A stretch of DNA of 64,000 nt from Squalus acanthias (GCA_030390025.1 CM059453.1:6820001-6884000), one strand, 5' to 3'; numbered from the stretch's first letter, positions 13,338 to 27,199 are shown. The notes: generated by a model from the letters alone, not told the origin. A program made the numbers and translations.

Positions 13338-13392
13338 GGAGACTATCCCCGCCTGTTACGTGGGAGACCGCGGTTCAATTCCCCGATGGAGG
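13338..13392 (+). tRNA. Partial degenerate tRNA-Asp-derived sequence (pseudogene), 5' end hidden in the gap
   Basis: tatccccgcctgttacgtgggagaccgcggttcaattccccga matches the vertebrate tRNA-Asp(GTC) 3' two-thirds. Anticodon reads GTT, changes are CpG-type, and a T-run follows at ~13399. Confidence 0.75.
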
Positions 13393-13449
13393 GCACGATT
13401 TTTCCGACATGGAGTCGCTGGCCGATTGGCCTCCTTCTCTGCCGTTATG

Positions 13450-13508
13450 ACTATCTATCTTATATCTGTCTATCTAACTATCTATCTATCGATCTATTTA
13501 TCTATCTC
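13450..13508. repeat. (TATC)n microsatellite, imperfect
   Basis: Direct inspection. Confidence 0.85.
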
Positions 13509-14831
13509 CGGCTGTCTTTCTGGTTTACTTCTATATTGTAAAATTATTTCCATTCCTCAAAAACAGTTTTATTTTGAAATCAAACAATGCATCTTTTCGG
13601 GGAAGAAAGAGGAAAGGAGGATAGGAACGTGAGGGAAAGGAGCCTGGGAAACAAGCTTCTAGAGAGGGAGCTCTGATTTTACCCTTGTGAAAAACTATAC
13701 TAGTGAGCGGACGGTTAAGAAAGGAGCAAGTGGAAGTTGGCAGATTTATGGGTAATTCTAGTAGTGTGGCGATTATAGAAAAGTGAGGGAGTTGTGGGAA
13801 GTTGACGGGGTAGGGGATGTGATTGGATTGAAGAGATTGAGGAAGCATAAACGATTGGGTAACAGATGGAAGGGAATTGTTGTCGCCGCATTTTCCTTGA
13901 ATTTGGCAGGACAAATTCAAAATACAGGCATTGGTGTCTCGTTTCCGCAACCGGACCATGCAATACCAATGACACTGAAAGGACACAAGAAAGTTACAGA
14001 AATATAGACAATCAGACGGGGACGAGACAGAAGTGGAAAGAGTTAATGGATGAGAAGCACAAGAGATCAGAGAACGAGTGAACGAGAGAGTGAGATTAGC
14101 GAAGAGGAGATAGAGTAAGCAAAATCGCAATGAGAATTCCTCAGAGAAACGTAATAGAGACCGCATTCTCTGACCTGCCACGCTTCGAGTGAATCGGAAG
14201 ATCTAACAAGAAAATATTTCAAAAAGGCATCTGATGCAATTACAGTTAAAATTTCTCAAAATAACTTCCTGTGGGCTCATTTCGAATGGAACCTGACTGT
14301 GTGAACTGATCAATCTGTAATTACACCCACCAGCAATTTCACCTGGGTGCATGACCAGCTATGTGGGCGGAGCCTAATTGGAGCCAATTAATTTGTCAAA
14401 TAAAGTAGAAAGTCACGTGTTGGCGTGAGTGAGCGGAAAACAGATTGACAGGTCCCGAGATTTTTTTTAGTCCAGATGCACAATCACTGCTCAAATCAAA
14501 TACGTCCGAATAAATGATGGGCTGGAAATACACATCCGATCCGCCAAACAATTAGATAATTACCTGCTGGAGCAAGGTTGCGAAAAGTTGCTGTCTCAGG
14601 CCTCGTGACGGAGGGCAGCGGAATGGCTCACGGATCCCAGGGAAACAGGCGATACGGAAGCGTACTTAGGATCACATGGACCTGGTCCTCCAATGACAAA
14701 CGAGAATTCCATTGCAGTCAATTACGAATGGAATTCCCTGAAGACATGCAGTGGAATCCCAAATTTGAAACTTACAAAATTAATAGAACTGGAATTTTAT
14801 TCATAATTAACTTCATTCCACCAAACTCAAT

Positions 14832-15592
14832 GGGCCAGAATTTACGGTGTCTTTGACGGCAGACACTCAGCCTATGCCATCCTAATTCTTCAATTTGGAC
14901 CCCGCAAATTCCGGATCTACAAATGTGTTGCGCATGCACGCAAACGCAGAACTTGTGATCTGTCGAGGTACGCCTCGACAGATTTTAAAAACCGACAGAT
15001 AAGTCACATTCGCTGGCGCACATTTGAGCTATTTGCCCAACTACTGCCCAGCATTTGCCAACGAAACACTGATGTTTGGTAAACGCAGGTATAGGTCCTG
15101 CTTTCACTTACGTAACGGTTAAAATAAATCTTAATTTAAAAATGTAAAAATCAAAAAATGATGCACAGAGACTTAAAATTCGTTTATGCAAATATTGGCC
15201 TGGCTGAAAATGTTTAAAAATATTTTTCAAAAAAATATTTATTTTTGTTGTTTGGTTTAATTGAGGGAATTTCAATAAAAGAACATTTAAATTTATTAGA
15301 GTTGTCTGAATTTTATAAGTATTTGTGGATTCCGTTGCATATCATTAGCGGATTTCCTTCGTAAATGATTGCAATGGAATCCGCCATTCTCATTGGAGGA
15401 CCCGGCCTGCGCGATCCCACGGACGCTACTGGACTGTTTGCGTCCCTGGGATCCAGAAGCCATTAGCAGGCGTACGCCGGAGGCCCAGGATCTGAACTCT
15501 CCGTAGCTGTGGAGCCAATGGGTAAGTTCAGAAATGTTTCGCAGGTGAGAGGTGTACCCCGGAAGTACGCCTCCGACCACAAATTCAGGGCC
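14832..15592. mobile_element. Non-autonomous TIR DNA transposon (PIF/Harbinger-like MITE) with AAT target-site duplication
   Basis: aat|gggccagaattt ... aaattcagggcc|aat; no coding capacity; AT-rich core. Confidence 0.7.
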
Positions 15593-15999
15593 AATAAAAA
15601 TATATTTGTTTGATAATAATTTCATACATCTTCAAAACTGGTATCGGGCAGGCTTTTGCATAAACACATTTAATACAGTGTATGTGCATACAATTTGGAT
15701 TTTTTAATGTTTTATTTAATCCTTAGACATGTCCTTACGCTGATGTAAACAGGCTCTTCGCTTGCATCAACCGTAAGACTTACATGGGCAATCGCTGGGT
15801 AGTCGCTTTGCAAATAGCCCAACTCAGCGCCAGCGATTGCATCATCAGAGCCCCTGCAGATGGCCAGTCAATACTTAGGTTGACAGGTCGCAAGTTCCAG
15901 AAATCTGGAATTACAGCGCATCTCAAAGGGATTACGATGGCATACTCTGCCATCTCAGACAACGCAATTCCAGGGCTGACAACTTAAAATTATTTGGAT

Positions 16000-16746
16000 C
16001 TCTCGCCAGGACTCGTCTATGCGCATAATTATGGATCTCTTTAAATTAGCAAAAGATGTTAAGCGCCTAATTTTGCGACCCCTACTGATGCGTACGAGAT
16101 GTGTACGCACCCGTAGGGGAATGCGAAGCGATCTGTCAAAAATCTTCTTGACAGATAATCTGCATTACAGAGAGATGGGCCCCTGCGGGTGGAGTGTTGC
16201 GCTTTTTGCACAACTTACGCCCGCTGAAAGGCCATAGAATTCTTTCGCACAGTATAAGTGATTAAAATAACGTTATTTTTTTAATCATTTAAACATTAAA
16301 AAACCTTTGCAGTAATGTAAGGTTATTTTAGCTGCTTTAAAACATTTACATTTATTTTTACAAATATTACATTTTTGTTTAAAATATTTAATAAAGTGGC
16401 AATTTAATTAATTTTACATTTGTAATGGTTTTTCTTTATTTATTTAAGTGTGTTGGTGCATTTTTGTATTCATCCCATTTATACTTTTGACAGTTCTGTG
16501 CTGACGGAACACTCAAAATATGAAGGGGGATTCTTTTCTTCCATTGGTTCGCCCGGCCCACGTGATCCCAGGGGCGCTTGCGAAGCGCATGCGCCCATTG
16601 GGATACCTGGACCTCTGCTCATTATGAAGAGGAGAGTCCCAGGATCGCAAGCCTCGGTATCTACGGAACCAGCAGGTAAGTTGGTAGATATTTTTCCGAT
16701 CGGAGGCATCCGCCCGCAGGAAGCCTCCGAACGGAAATTCAGGGCC
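16000..16746. mobile_element. Related non-autonomous TIR element
   Basis: Ends cggaaattcagggcc|att; shares ccattgg...ggcccacgtgatcccagg and aggtaag motifs with the family. Confidence 0.55.
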
Positions 16747-17126
16747 ATTGTCTCTGGTGTTTCATTGCAAGCTTTTTTGGCAACCTGATCCCCGGTTGTG
16801 AAGGTTCCTACTGTAGGCCAATGGAGTTCAATAGATTAACAGACAAAGACGATCTTAGAAATGGTTTGTAAAATTGTTATTTTCAAAGAATATATAAAAA
16901 AAATTGAAAAGTTACATTAATGAAAAATTCACACTGTCAAACCTACTACAATGAACTCGACTTTGGGAACGTAAATCAAAACATGCGATCGATTTTCTGA
17001 ACGACCAACATTCTCATAGTCCTTGTTGCAATGCAAAGGTGCTTGATTTCCTTTATGTCATCAGGTGTTTTAAAGTATTGTCAGTCTCAAGACCATCCGC
17101 GCTGACAGTATAACTCCTGTTAACTT

Positions 17127-17294
17127 TCAGTTCTGTTTAATTGCTGCATTTTCGCAGGACTCCTCATTTTGAATATATTGATCATGTTTGCGGAAGTTGG
17201 AGACATTGACGTTCGCGTACGCAATCTCGTCATTCTGAGCTGGTTTATTCGATTGTGTGGCGCCACGACCAGCCTCTGTACACTGATCGTCCCT
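17127..17294 (-). CDS. Gene A exon 8, terminal cytoplasmic exon (open; ITIM IAYANV; distal motif Tyr to Asn)
   Basis: gttacag|RDDQCTEAGRGATQSNKPAQNDEIAYANVNVSNFRKHDQYIQNEESCENAAIKQN*. Confidence 0.85.
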   Translation of the reverse strand, partial: RDDQCTEAGRGATQSNKPAQNDEIAYANVNVSNFRKHDQYIQNEESCENAAIKQN

Positions 17295-17639
17295 CTGTAA
17301 CGGAAGGTATTTGTGTTAGATGTGGAGTTATTGCAGATATGGAGCAGAATGCGATGGGAGTGTGCTGTCTGCAACAGAATACATCTCACTATTTTATCAC
17401 TGGTAAGTTGTCTAAAGGCGCTGATTCATGAAATGAGCGTTGTTAAGTCTTGATGCAAGAAATAAAGCACTTGCAATTATACACCCGGACCAGTCGATAA
17501 GGCTGGGGTGTGCGACTAAATTGGTTACCTCTGTCAAAGAGCCAGCACAGGTACAACGGTCCGAAATGTCGCTTTCTGTGCTGTAAAAATCTACGATTCT
17601 AAGGCTTCTAAATAGCATACTTGATCCGGTTTTTATAAA

Positions 17640-18250
17640 TTGAGGTACAGATTATGAAAACAAGTTTGATAAGCTGAACCTTTATTCATCACTGGTTATG
17701 CCTCGGCTGGAGAATTGTTTCCAATTCTTGCATAACACTGTCAAAAGGATGTCAATGCATTAGAGAGCGTACAGAGCTAATTTGCCAGAATTATAGGAGA
17801 AATGAGGGACTGCACTTAAACGGAGAGTCCAGGGAAACTGGAGTAGTTCTCCTTAGTGTACAGAATGATAAAGGCAGATTAGATATTGGTGATCAAAATT
17901 CTGCAGAATTTTGATACAGTAAATAAGGACAGATTGTTTCCACTGGCAGGAACTTCGCTAACCAGATAACACAGATTGAAGATATTTGGGTCAAGAACAA
18001 CATTAGAGGTGAGAAGGTTTTATTTAACTCAGCGGGTTGTTGTGATCTGGAATGCACTTCTGAAAGGGCGGTGGGAGCAGATTCAGTAGTGACTTTCAAA
18101 GGGGAAATGGATATATGCGTGAATATGAAACAAAAATCAGGGCTGAGGGCAAAAAGCAGTGTAGTGTGACTAATTATTTAGCTGTTTCAAACAGCCAGCA
18201 CAGGCACCGTGGGCTGTATGGCCTCCTTCTGGGCTGTATGATTCTGTGAT
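17640..18250 (+). mobile_element. Decayed CR1 3' fragment
   Basis: Degenerate LVxPxLExCxQF / ALExVQ region and CR1 3' UTR ending tatgattctgtgatt. Confidence 0.65.
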
Positions 18251-19032
18251 TATTAAGACCGAAGCGCTGCTATGCAATAATGACTTTTGAATTCCTGCCG
18301 CTATTATAGGAAAAATGCAGCAACCAGTTAATTGGATGAATGGCGAATTAATCAGTTTTAGCTGGTGTTCATTGAGGGAGAAATGTTAGAAAGGGCACGG
18401 GGAAAACTCTCATCCGTCCCCTCAGTAGGACCGTATGATCGTTTCCCTCCATAGGAGGAAACAAACGTGGCCTCGTTTAACATCTAATCGAAAGGACGGG
18501 TCTTCCGGCAATGCTGCACACCTTCAGTGTTGAAGTGAAGTATCAGCCAAGATTATAGGTTCAAATGCTGGGGCGAAGCCTGAAGCCAGAACATTCTTAC
18601 CCAAAGGTTTGGACCATGGGGACCACATCGGCAGCAAGATGCAATTCGGAAGTTGCACATAAACCTGAGGAATGGCAACGATTATCCCCTCTGGGGCCGC
18701 TTACATTTTGTGATCTTGTTGGGCATTTAACAGATGAGACCTAATTGGTAGGGTTGTGATATGACATTGGCAAGGCATTATTATATTAAGAATTTGTTTT
18801 TTGAAGGAACGCCAAGGTGAGAAATACTCCCTAATTGGATTTAGTAGGTCACTACACGTAGAGTCTGTAGCTATGTTGCACTCTTGGTGACGTGAGGCGG
18901 TTAATCCTCCCTTAATGTTCAACAAGTTTCTGACACTCCAGTTTATCTGTTTGGTACTGCCCAAATGAGTAATTGCTGGTTGAAAGCACACCAAACATCC
19001 TTCAATTTTCAGCCCAGCTTGGCATCACTGAC

Positions 19033-19120
19033 GTCAGCCTTTTCTGCGTACTGCACCCGACTGTAAATCACCAAATCATCGTGTGCTTCGGAGACACGTG
19101 CAGCTTCTCTGTGTTTCTTC
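19033..19120 (-). CDS. Gene A exon 7, first cytoplasmic exon (open; ITIM VIYSRV)
   Basis: ttattcag|G KKHREAARVSEAHDDLVIYSRVQYAEKAD|gtcagt; 88 nt. Confidence 0.85.
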
Positions 19121-19230
19121 CTGAATAATAACAAATGCAAACGAGGCACTTCTCTTAATTAACTGGAATGTTTAATGAAAGCACATTGCGCCTGCGCGAT
19201 GAAGGACGTCAGTAGGTCAGGAAAGACTTA

Positions 19231-20397
19231 AGAACATAAGAAATAAGAAATAGGAGCAGGAGTAGGCCATACGGCCCATCGAGACTTTTCCGCCATTCAA
19301 TAAGGTCATGGCGGAACTTCGAACGCAACTTCACTTTCCCGTCGGACCTCCGTATCCCTTGATTCCCCTTGAGTCCAAAAATCTATCTATCTCCGCCATG
19401 AATATACTCAAAGACTGAGCATCCACAGCCCTCTGGGGCAGAGAATTCCAAAGATTCACAACACTCTCAGCGAAGAATTTCCTCCTCATCTCGGTCTTAA
19501 ATGGCCTACCCCTTATCCTGGGACTATGCCCCCTATTTCTAGACACAACAGACAGGAGAAACAACCTGTCAGCATCTAGCCTGTCAATCCCCTTCAGAAA
19601 CGTGTATGTTTCAAAGAGATCACCTCTGATTCTTCTGAACTCCAGAGAGTATAGGCCCATTCTTCACAAGCTTTCATCATAGGACAGCCAACTCATCCAA
19701 GGAATCAACCTAGTGAACATTCGTTGCACCGCCTCCATGGCAAGTATATTCTTCCTTAGATAAGGAGAACAAATCTGTGCGCAGTACTCCAGGTGTGATC
19801 TCACCAAGGCACTGTACAATTTTAGCAAGACTTCCTCACACTTATACTCCAACCCCCTTGCAATAAAGGCCAACATACCATTGCCTTCCTTATTGCTTGC
19901 TGTACTTGTATGCTAGCTTTCTGTGTTTCTTGAACGAGGACAGCCAAATCTCTCTGAATACCAACATTTGAAAGTTTTTCACCATTTAAAAAAATATTAT
20001 CTTTGCTATTCACCATACGAAAGTGAATAACCTCATATTTCCCGACATTATTCTACATCTGCCACCTTACAGCCCACTCACACTCTATCTATATCCCTTA
20101 GCAGACTCTTTGTGTTCTCCTCACAGTTTACTGTCCCACCTAGCTTTGTATCATCAACAAAATTGGATACATTACACTCGTTCCCTTCATCTAGATCATA
20201 ATATAAATTGTAAATAGCTGAGGCCCCAATATGATCATTTCGGCACCCTACCACTTGCAGCCTGCCAACCTGAAAAAGATCCGTTAATACCTACTACCTG
20301 TTTTCTGTCTGTTAACCTATCCTATATAGATGCTATTATATTACCCCCAACCCCATGAGCCCTTATCTTATGTAATAACCTTTTATGTGGCACCTTA
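19231..20397 (-). mobile_element. CR1 LINE 3' ~1.2 kb, present only in the left arm
   Basis: ORF2 C-terminus (LVRSHLEYCAQ, LYSLEFRRIRGDL, VVNLWNSLPQ) with ttcttatgttctt tail. Empty site in the right arm near 49583. Confidence 0.9.
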
Positions 20398-21396
20398 TGT
20401 CTTTTCCTTCTCCCGATTAGCACAGACCTGATCCGCAACCCAATTATTTTCAATTTCCACCAGCCAACATTTCAAAAGGGAACATTTTACTTTATCTATG
20501 ATATGCATAAATATACGTTAATGATAAGGTGCTGATTGCTCTAGGTGAAAGTTGAGTGTGATAAATAACGGTCAGTGCGCGGCTTATTAATGATTTCAAC
20601 CTGGGTAAACAGCAGATGCAAGTGTTTCAATGTGTAAACGCAGTCCTTTCTATTATTAGGTAGACCGCTTCAACACATTGGAGTTAGAAATTAGGAATTC
20701 TTCAATATTCCTCAGCAATCTTTTTGCGATCATTGAATAGTTGATATTATTAAGCATGGAATTGCCATCTTTAAATATAGCATGGTACATGAAGGGTTAA
20801 AACTAGCATCACTCACAAGCGTCTTCTGGCTCATGTTGCTGCGGTTATTGCCGAAACATTTGCTGTTGAGGGGCGGCGTCTATCCGAGAAGCAACGTCAT
20901 AGATTTGAATTGTATACATCCTGTCCGATTGGTTGAAGGATAAATTTGATTGGCAGCAGATTGTAAACCTAACTGGGTGTTATTTGAATTCACTTGGAGC
21001 CGGTCACAATTCTGAAGGAAATTATCAGCCTGTCTATTAAAAGCAGCGAGTCTGTCTGGAGCTTTCAAAGAGAGTTGTCAGACCAAATCGCTTAAATCAC
21101 TGCTAAGAATAAGATAACACGTGCAATATAAATAACTGCTTATATCATACTTTAGCACATCAGTCACACCCAATTATGAAATATAATGTTCGACTCCTTG
21201 AGCCAAACAAACTTAAGAACTACTGTAAACGTATGTGTCACGTTACTTTTACTATTTGCTTGTTGTTTTACTGTTTCCTGGACTAGCTTGATTGATAGAA
21301 CTTCAGTGTCAATCTGGTGTAGTGTTATGCTGAGAGCCTGACATGGCAAGTAGGCTCGTGTGAGGCTGCCCATAAAACCAGCAACAGAAAAAAACT

Positions 21397-21513
21397 GAAA
21401 GGGATTGTATGCCCATTCTTTGAGCATGCTGAAAAAATTATCCAGATTACACGGGAAGTGTAAACACTCCCTGGCACAAAGAGCGCCAGCGATCAGAAGT
21501 CCAAAAATGTCCA
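21397..21513 (-). pseudogene. Possible decayed second TM-like exon (left copy)
   Basis: tttaaag|VDIFGLLIAGAL, then after a frameshift GSVYTSRVIWIIFSACSK. Mirrored at 47685-47801, where a gtgagt donor survives. Confidence 0.35.
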
Positions 21514-21783
21514 CTTTAAACAGAATGAAACAGACCCCAATAACATAACAGGAAGAATGTACAGACAGCCTGATTCAAGCAGCCACTAATATTACTGTAT
21601 ATTTGATGCCGGGAGATGCGAACGACTGGTCAGGGATGATTGACCTTCCTACTTTACGCACCAGCTTAGGCTGATGCACACTGTACTCATGTGAGTTTAA
21701 TTTAAAGCAGATTTTGATATACGGACGTTCTGATGCAGGTTTCCTTTGAAACTTAATTCTATATAATTAATAATCACACCTAC

Positions 21784-21877
21784 CTTTTTATCTTCAGCGT
21801 GAGTACGACTGCAATTAGAATAACAAGCCCGATGGTTCCTCCTCTTATAATGAGGAAGATTGTCCTGGACAATATTC
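21784..21877 (-). CDS. Gene A exon 6, transmembrane exon with intramembrane Arg
   Basis: cattttag|GILSRTIFLIIRGGTIGLVILIAVVLTLKIK(R)|gtaggt; 94 nt, phase 1 to 2. Confidence 0.88.
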
Positions 21878-22701
21878 CTAAAATGTTGGATAACATTGCT
21901 GTATATTAGGAATTTGGGATTAAACAACAATCTATCTTGGAAGCATATTTATGAGTGTGAGGAAGCAAGTTTCCTTTATGTTCGGATCACAAAGCTATTG
22001 GTAAATTATATTCTCCACTTGATTCAACCTGTTGATCCTTGCGTAAAAGCCTTTTGTTCCTGTGTTGCGGACTGGCGTAAATTTGAATTAATAATTTAAG
22101 ATTCACTGATGTAAAAATCTCAATTGACAAATTAAGTTCACTCCACAACCCACCCTAGGAAAAACAGTGGGCTTAATCTGATCGGAATACAGGGCCGCCA
22201 AGGTCACCAGTTACATCGGTAAGATTTAAAATCTATAGCGATAATTCAATTTTGCTTAGGCTATTGAATATCGGCTCTACATACCCAAATGTGTCTGAAC
22301 ACGATAGAAATGAGCATGTAGCTACAAAAGGGTAGATTGCAGTTTGCTATCATGTATTGAGATAATTTTGGATTTTCTAAAGAGTTTAACTTAATTCAGA
22401 AGAATTTGTTTTCCAAGATCACTGGCTATTTCTGGTGATCAAATAATTTCAACTTATCTTGAAAATATAAACCGAACAAGTTGCAGAAGAATGAAAGTTA
22501 AAATGGATAATGCCGACCGCACCTTTCAGTTGGTGATTGACCACTGATGAAAGTGGTCCTAACACTAATTCGAGATAGATTCCGTATGGACCTGCTGAGT
22601 GAAGCTGATATTTGCTGATACTAACACCGTTCAGTTACTGACTGACCAGTGATGCACCAACTCCCTTATAGTATTAAATTACAGATAAATTAAACACGTA
22701 C

Positions 22702-22989
22702 CCTTAGAGTGGAGCTGATATTTACTGACAGAATCACCGTGCTCGTTTGCTGCAACACATGAGATCAGGTTTCCGGTTCCGGTTGGGTGAGTCAATCTCA
22801 GAGAGCTCTCCATGAGGTGACTATTCACCGCCCAGGAGATGATTTCCACATCTGACCTGTTCCCAGTGAGGATTCTCCCATTGAGGCCCCACGTGATGTT
22901 TCCCGGGGGATTGGCTCTGATCCGGCAGCTACAGTTCGTCCAATTCTCAGAGCTGGTGCATGTCGGGCCTGCTAAAATTGTGGCTTTAT
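22702..22989 (-). CDS. Gene A exon 5, membrane-proximal C2-like domain (MAG Ig5-like C-x8-C-x-C-x4-NP pattern)
   Basis: KATILAGPTCTSSENWTNCSCRIRANPPGNITW...ISCVAANEHG; open, 288 nt. Confidence 0.9.
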
Positions 22990-23915
22990 CTAAAAAAAAT
23001 GGAAACTTCAATAGTAAATGATCATGTAAATAGTTGCAGTATCGAAGTACAATTAATTCATGAGTTGAACTTACCATAATAGTTCTGGTAGATATATTTT
23101 AAGATGAAGCAACCTATGTTGCACCAGTTGATGGCGTATTATATTTTCACTTATAATAGGTGAGCTCGTTAGGAACAATTTCATATTAAACCTAATTGGT
23201 GTTCAGTCCAACCAGACCTGTCCTGACAGATATTGTGGGGGGTTCCTCAGAAGTAGCAAGTTCAGAGTGTTAATTATCTGTAATATACCCACAAACGTGA
23301 TTCACCCGTCACTGTTTTAACAGGTGAATTAATTTCAATTTCTTCACTTTGTGTACTGTTTTCAACATCTTCGTTTGTGGTGGACTGAAGTGATTCTTCA
23401 ATAAATGTCCGGCTAACAAGCCGACAGTTCAAAGGACCTTGTCTCGGAATATTACCCTGTCAACTCAACATTAGTACAAGTAACAGAAGTTGGCTTCACA
23501 CCATTTTATCAGATTTCATTTTGGAGAACTTCTGCTCATGAAATTGCTGCATGTCAGTTCTAAGGATTGGAAAATTGTTTACTTCAGACGACGAGTATTA
23601 TTTATTAACAATTAGATGTTGAGTAAAGTTCCCAGTAAATGTGCTGCTGTCGTAACCTCATAAATGTAAGACCTGCTGTATTTATGGGACATTATTCCAG
23701 TTTCCTCTCCTGTCATACTGAGCGAGATGCCAGGTTAGTTTCCATAATTGGAGCCATCGAGGTAGTTTCCCGCTATTTCCGCGGGAAGGGGTGAAACTAT
23801 CCCAAACTCATGCACACGGGCGCCTTCCAGCAAGCAGGCAAGAGAAAATTGGAATTTAATGCAGAATTCTTGAAGTGAAAGGCTACTATCTAATTGAAAA
23901 TTCATACATACTTAC

Positions 23916-24173
23916 ATTGGACTGAAATCTGTGTGGAGCGGTTTGTGGTGCCCACGGCATTTTCAGCGATGCACCAATCTTCCCCGGCGTCCTCAGAACG
24001 AATGTTGTGGAATATTTGATTTAGTTCACCACTGGAAGATCTGCTGATCTCTTCACCATTTTTCACCCATCTTAAACTGATCTGTGGTTTTCCACAGGCT
24101 GTGCAGCATAATAATAATGAATTTCCTTCCAAAGCTACTATAGATGAGTTGATGGTTGGGAGGTCCAGTCCAT
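23916..24173 (-). CDS. Gene A exon 4, C2/I-set domain (open)
   Basis: LPTINSSIVALEGNSLLLCCTACGKPQISLRWVKNG...EDAGEDWCIAENAVG...ISVQ; 258 nt. The usual YxC is DWC here. Confidence 0.9.
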
Positions 24174-24694
24174 CTGAAACAGGCGTTAATGCAAAACGTG
24201 ATTGTCGAATAAGCATAATTGAGTTCCTAATTAATTCATTATACTGGGTATGGGGATCGGGCGGGAAATATGGAGTTCAGTTCGATGATCAGCCATGATT
24301 GCCGGAGTGGTGGAGCAGGTTCGAAGGGCCGTATGGCCTACTCCTGTTGCTAATTCTTAAGTTCTTATTAAGCCCAACCAGAGCTGAGATCTGGTGTCAT
24401 AGCTTCAGATCCTAACTCGGCATGGCCTTTGTTGCTTCCATTTATGACTGACTAAACTCAGAACCTGACTGGAAGTTCATAGAATAAAGATTAACAATCA
24501 CATTAAAAAATCTGTTGGAGGCACCATCATTCATCCATGGATTTGAATGTTTCTAATATAATATGACTGATGAGAATTACATGTGAGCCATTCCGAAACT
24601 TTCTAACCCCTAATAAATTACTTGTGGTAAAAGTGCAAATTTGGAGCTGGTTGGCCCACAGGATAAGTCTGTTTACTTTAGACCGGACACTTAC

Positions 24695-25006
24695 CTTTAA
24701 TCTCCAAGGTAAGATTTTGTGCCTAGGAAGTTGGGATACCATCAATTGGAATTGTGCATCCCAGAATTTTCCCGTCATGAGCAGACGATGGTGTAAAGTT
24801 GACGATGGATGAAACTGTCCGAGAACCTGAAGTTTCTTTGTTAATTTCTGCTCCAACTTGATTATCCATTGGGGGAGAACGGGACACATTGTAATTAATC
24901 CACTTCAGTTTCAGGTTGCCATCTGGGCAGTTGTGGGTGACGGAACAGGTCAATCCTGCAGTTTGTCCAGCGATCAATTCCCCATAACCTGAAATCTCTG
25001 GCTTTT
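24695..25006 (-). pseudogene. Gene A exon 3, C2-set domain with in-frame TAG at 24723-24725
   Basis: KPEISGYGELIAGQTAGLTCSVTHNCPDG..W..FTPSSAHDGKILGC..IPTS*AQNLTLEIK; 312 nt as in gene B. Confidence 0.9.
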
Positions 25007-25869
25007 CTATAAAAACGAGAGAAAACAAGCTTGTTCGGTACATTTCAATGTTAAAACGCGCGATTGATGGCTTGCAACTAAATCTGAGAAAGAAAAAGCA
25101 AGCAAATCACATTTTGTTCATTTTCCTCTGCTACGTGTTGCAAGTGTGTTCACCATTCTGAATTACTCCTCGCAGTTGTAATGCATTTTTATTCCTCGTC
25201 GGGTAACATATGGCCCAACTTAATTAACCATTAGTCTTTATATCTCCAAATTATTTGTATCATGGATATTGTCCAGTGAACAAATTTTGCACGCTGGACT
25301 TAGAATTAACGTTAACTCCTCAAATGTCACGAATATTTATTCCTTTCGTATACCTCGTTCATCACCATCTATTGCCTATGTGATGGTGATTAATGCAGAC
25401 CCAGAGAGATCTCGATTCTGTTGTCAAGAAACGTCAATATAGAACGATAATGCTCAAGACATGGACAGACCAGACAAAGGACGGGTAACACCGCCTTGTG
25501 TGGGAGAACCAGAGCAGGTTCCTCGCGTGTACATCTGAAGAAGGCTTCAGCAGAAATAGTATTTGTAGCCGTGGGATTTGAATGAACAAATAAATTATAA
25601 CTTGAACTGATTTTCACGTTACTGAAATATCTACTTTTTAATTAAGATCTAATTAAAAGCGTGGTAAATGAGCGCTGGATAGGGAAAGGCACGAACAAAG
25701 ACTGCATTAATTCAACGCTTTTTAAGTACTCGCGACGTCAAAAGACGCTTCACCAAAAAGTAACTTGAAATGTAATCAAGCAGCCATTGCCGACGGTAAA
25801 TACAGGAGATTATTGGAGAAGATATTAAGAGGTTTGGAATTAAGGATTAGGTAGAAATTGCAATATAAA

Positions 25870-26660
25870 CTGTTTAGAAGTGACGATGCAGCGAGTCGCT
25901 GTTAAGCGCAGTTGCTCAGAATAGTTGGATCCCAGTACGGTGTCCCACAGGGTTGTCCTGTGGAATTGCTTCTATTCACTGTGTGCATCAATAAATTGGA
26001 TAAAGCGCTAAAGAGAATGATGTCAACATTTCCCGGCAGGAATTAATTGGATTCCAAAAAAATTAAAAATGGGTGGGGTGTACAATGAGAGGTGCATCCA
26101 ATATCGCCAGTTTGACACCCATGCCAACGTTGCAAGTACAACTCCCAGGAGATAACTAGAGAACTAAAGCGAGTTTCAAACGGATAGTGCAGATATAGTA
26201 GAATGGGGAGATAAGAGGCAGATATCATAAAAGTTCAGAAAATATGAGGTGGTAGATGTTCATTTGAACCGTAGGAAGCTGCGAGATGTGGAAGAGCAGA
26301 GTAATTTGGGGTCAGGTTCATGAGGCAGTAAAAGCAGCACCTCCAGTGGGAAAGTGTATGAAGATGTTTCTGGAGCTCTGGCTTTAATGGCAAGAGATCA
26401 ATAATATAAATTCGAGAATAGTGGAGATTCTAACGAGAATAGTAGTTATTTCACAGTTGGAGTAAGAATGCGGGTATTGGGCTCCAGTCTATAGGAAGGA
26501 TTTAGGGCGGATTCGCGTACATTCTGGCTCGTAAAAGGAAGTTTAAATAACAAGAAAATATTTAAAAATTGGGGTAGATCTAATTAGTTTAGAACTGATT
26601 TTGTGATGATTTAACAGAAGTGCTTAAACTTATTAAGCAACGGGACAGAGAAGATAGAAG
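25870..26660 (+). mobile_element. Ancient CR1 RT fragment in intron 2 (predates the duplication)
   Basis: Highly degenerate GVPQG / LFTVCINxLD / WAPxYRKD motifs; mirrored at ~42960-43760. Confidence 0.55.
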
Positions 26661-27199
26661 GAGACTGAAGTAGAATTTGAAATGGACGCCCTGGTCAAAT
26701 CTCTCATTCCAGATAATTCACCCATTGGAGCAACCGCCTAGTTAAATTGCCTTTCATTTCATTGGAAATAATGAGCTGCTGGTTTATGTATTGTAAGTAG
26801 GACCCAAAATCGTCAGTTTTAGTTTCAGTCAACATGTGCTAATCTATCCTCATGTGAACATATTCAGAATAGGCTCGACAGGTATTTGAAGGGAATTGCA
26901 ATAAAGGGATATGGGAACTGAACTGACGCATGCGATTCGGAGTTTTGCTCATGTGAAGGACAAACAGCCACACTGACTGTCTGGGCCGAAGGGCCTGTTT
27001 TACTGCTGTAATTTCAATATACTTCTGTGTTTAGGATATCAGACATCTGCGACACTTATCAGTATCCCTGCACCCTATGTTTCAACAACCCTTTGAGATC
27101 GGTCAGGGATATTTTAATATATTCCCACTTTGCACATAGGTTGATTCATACTAAAGCACTGGAGTGAAAATGTACAAAAGGAACAAAGGGAATACTCAC

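Noticed and set aside
13531-14181. 216-aa ORF
   Set aside because: Purine-rich low-complexity DNA, possibly a very old LINE remnant; no coding signature I can support.
21164-21514. 116-aa ORF as the TM/cytoplasmic exon of gene A
   Set aside because: The true TM exon is 21784-21877 with correct phases; the B copy of this ORF has an early stop.
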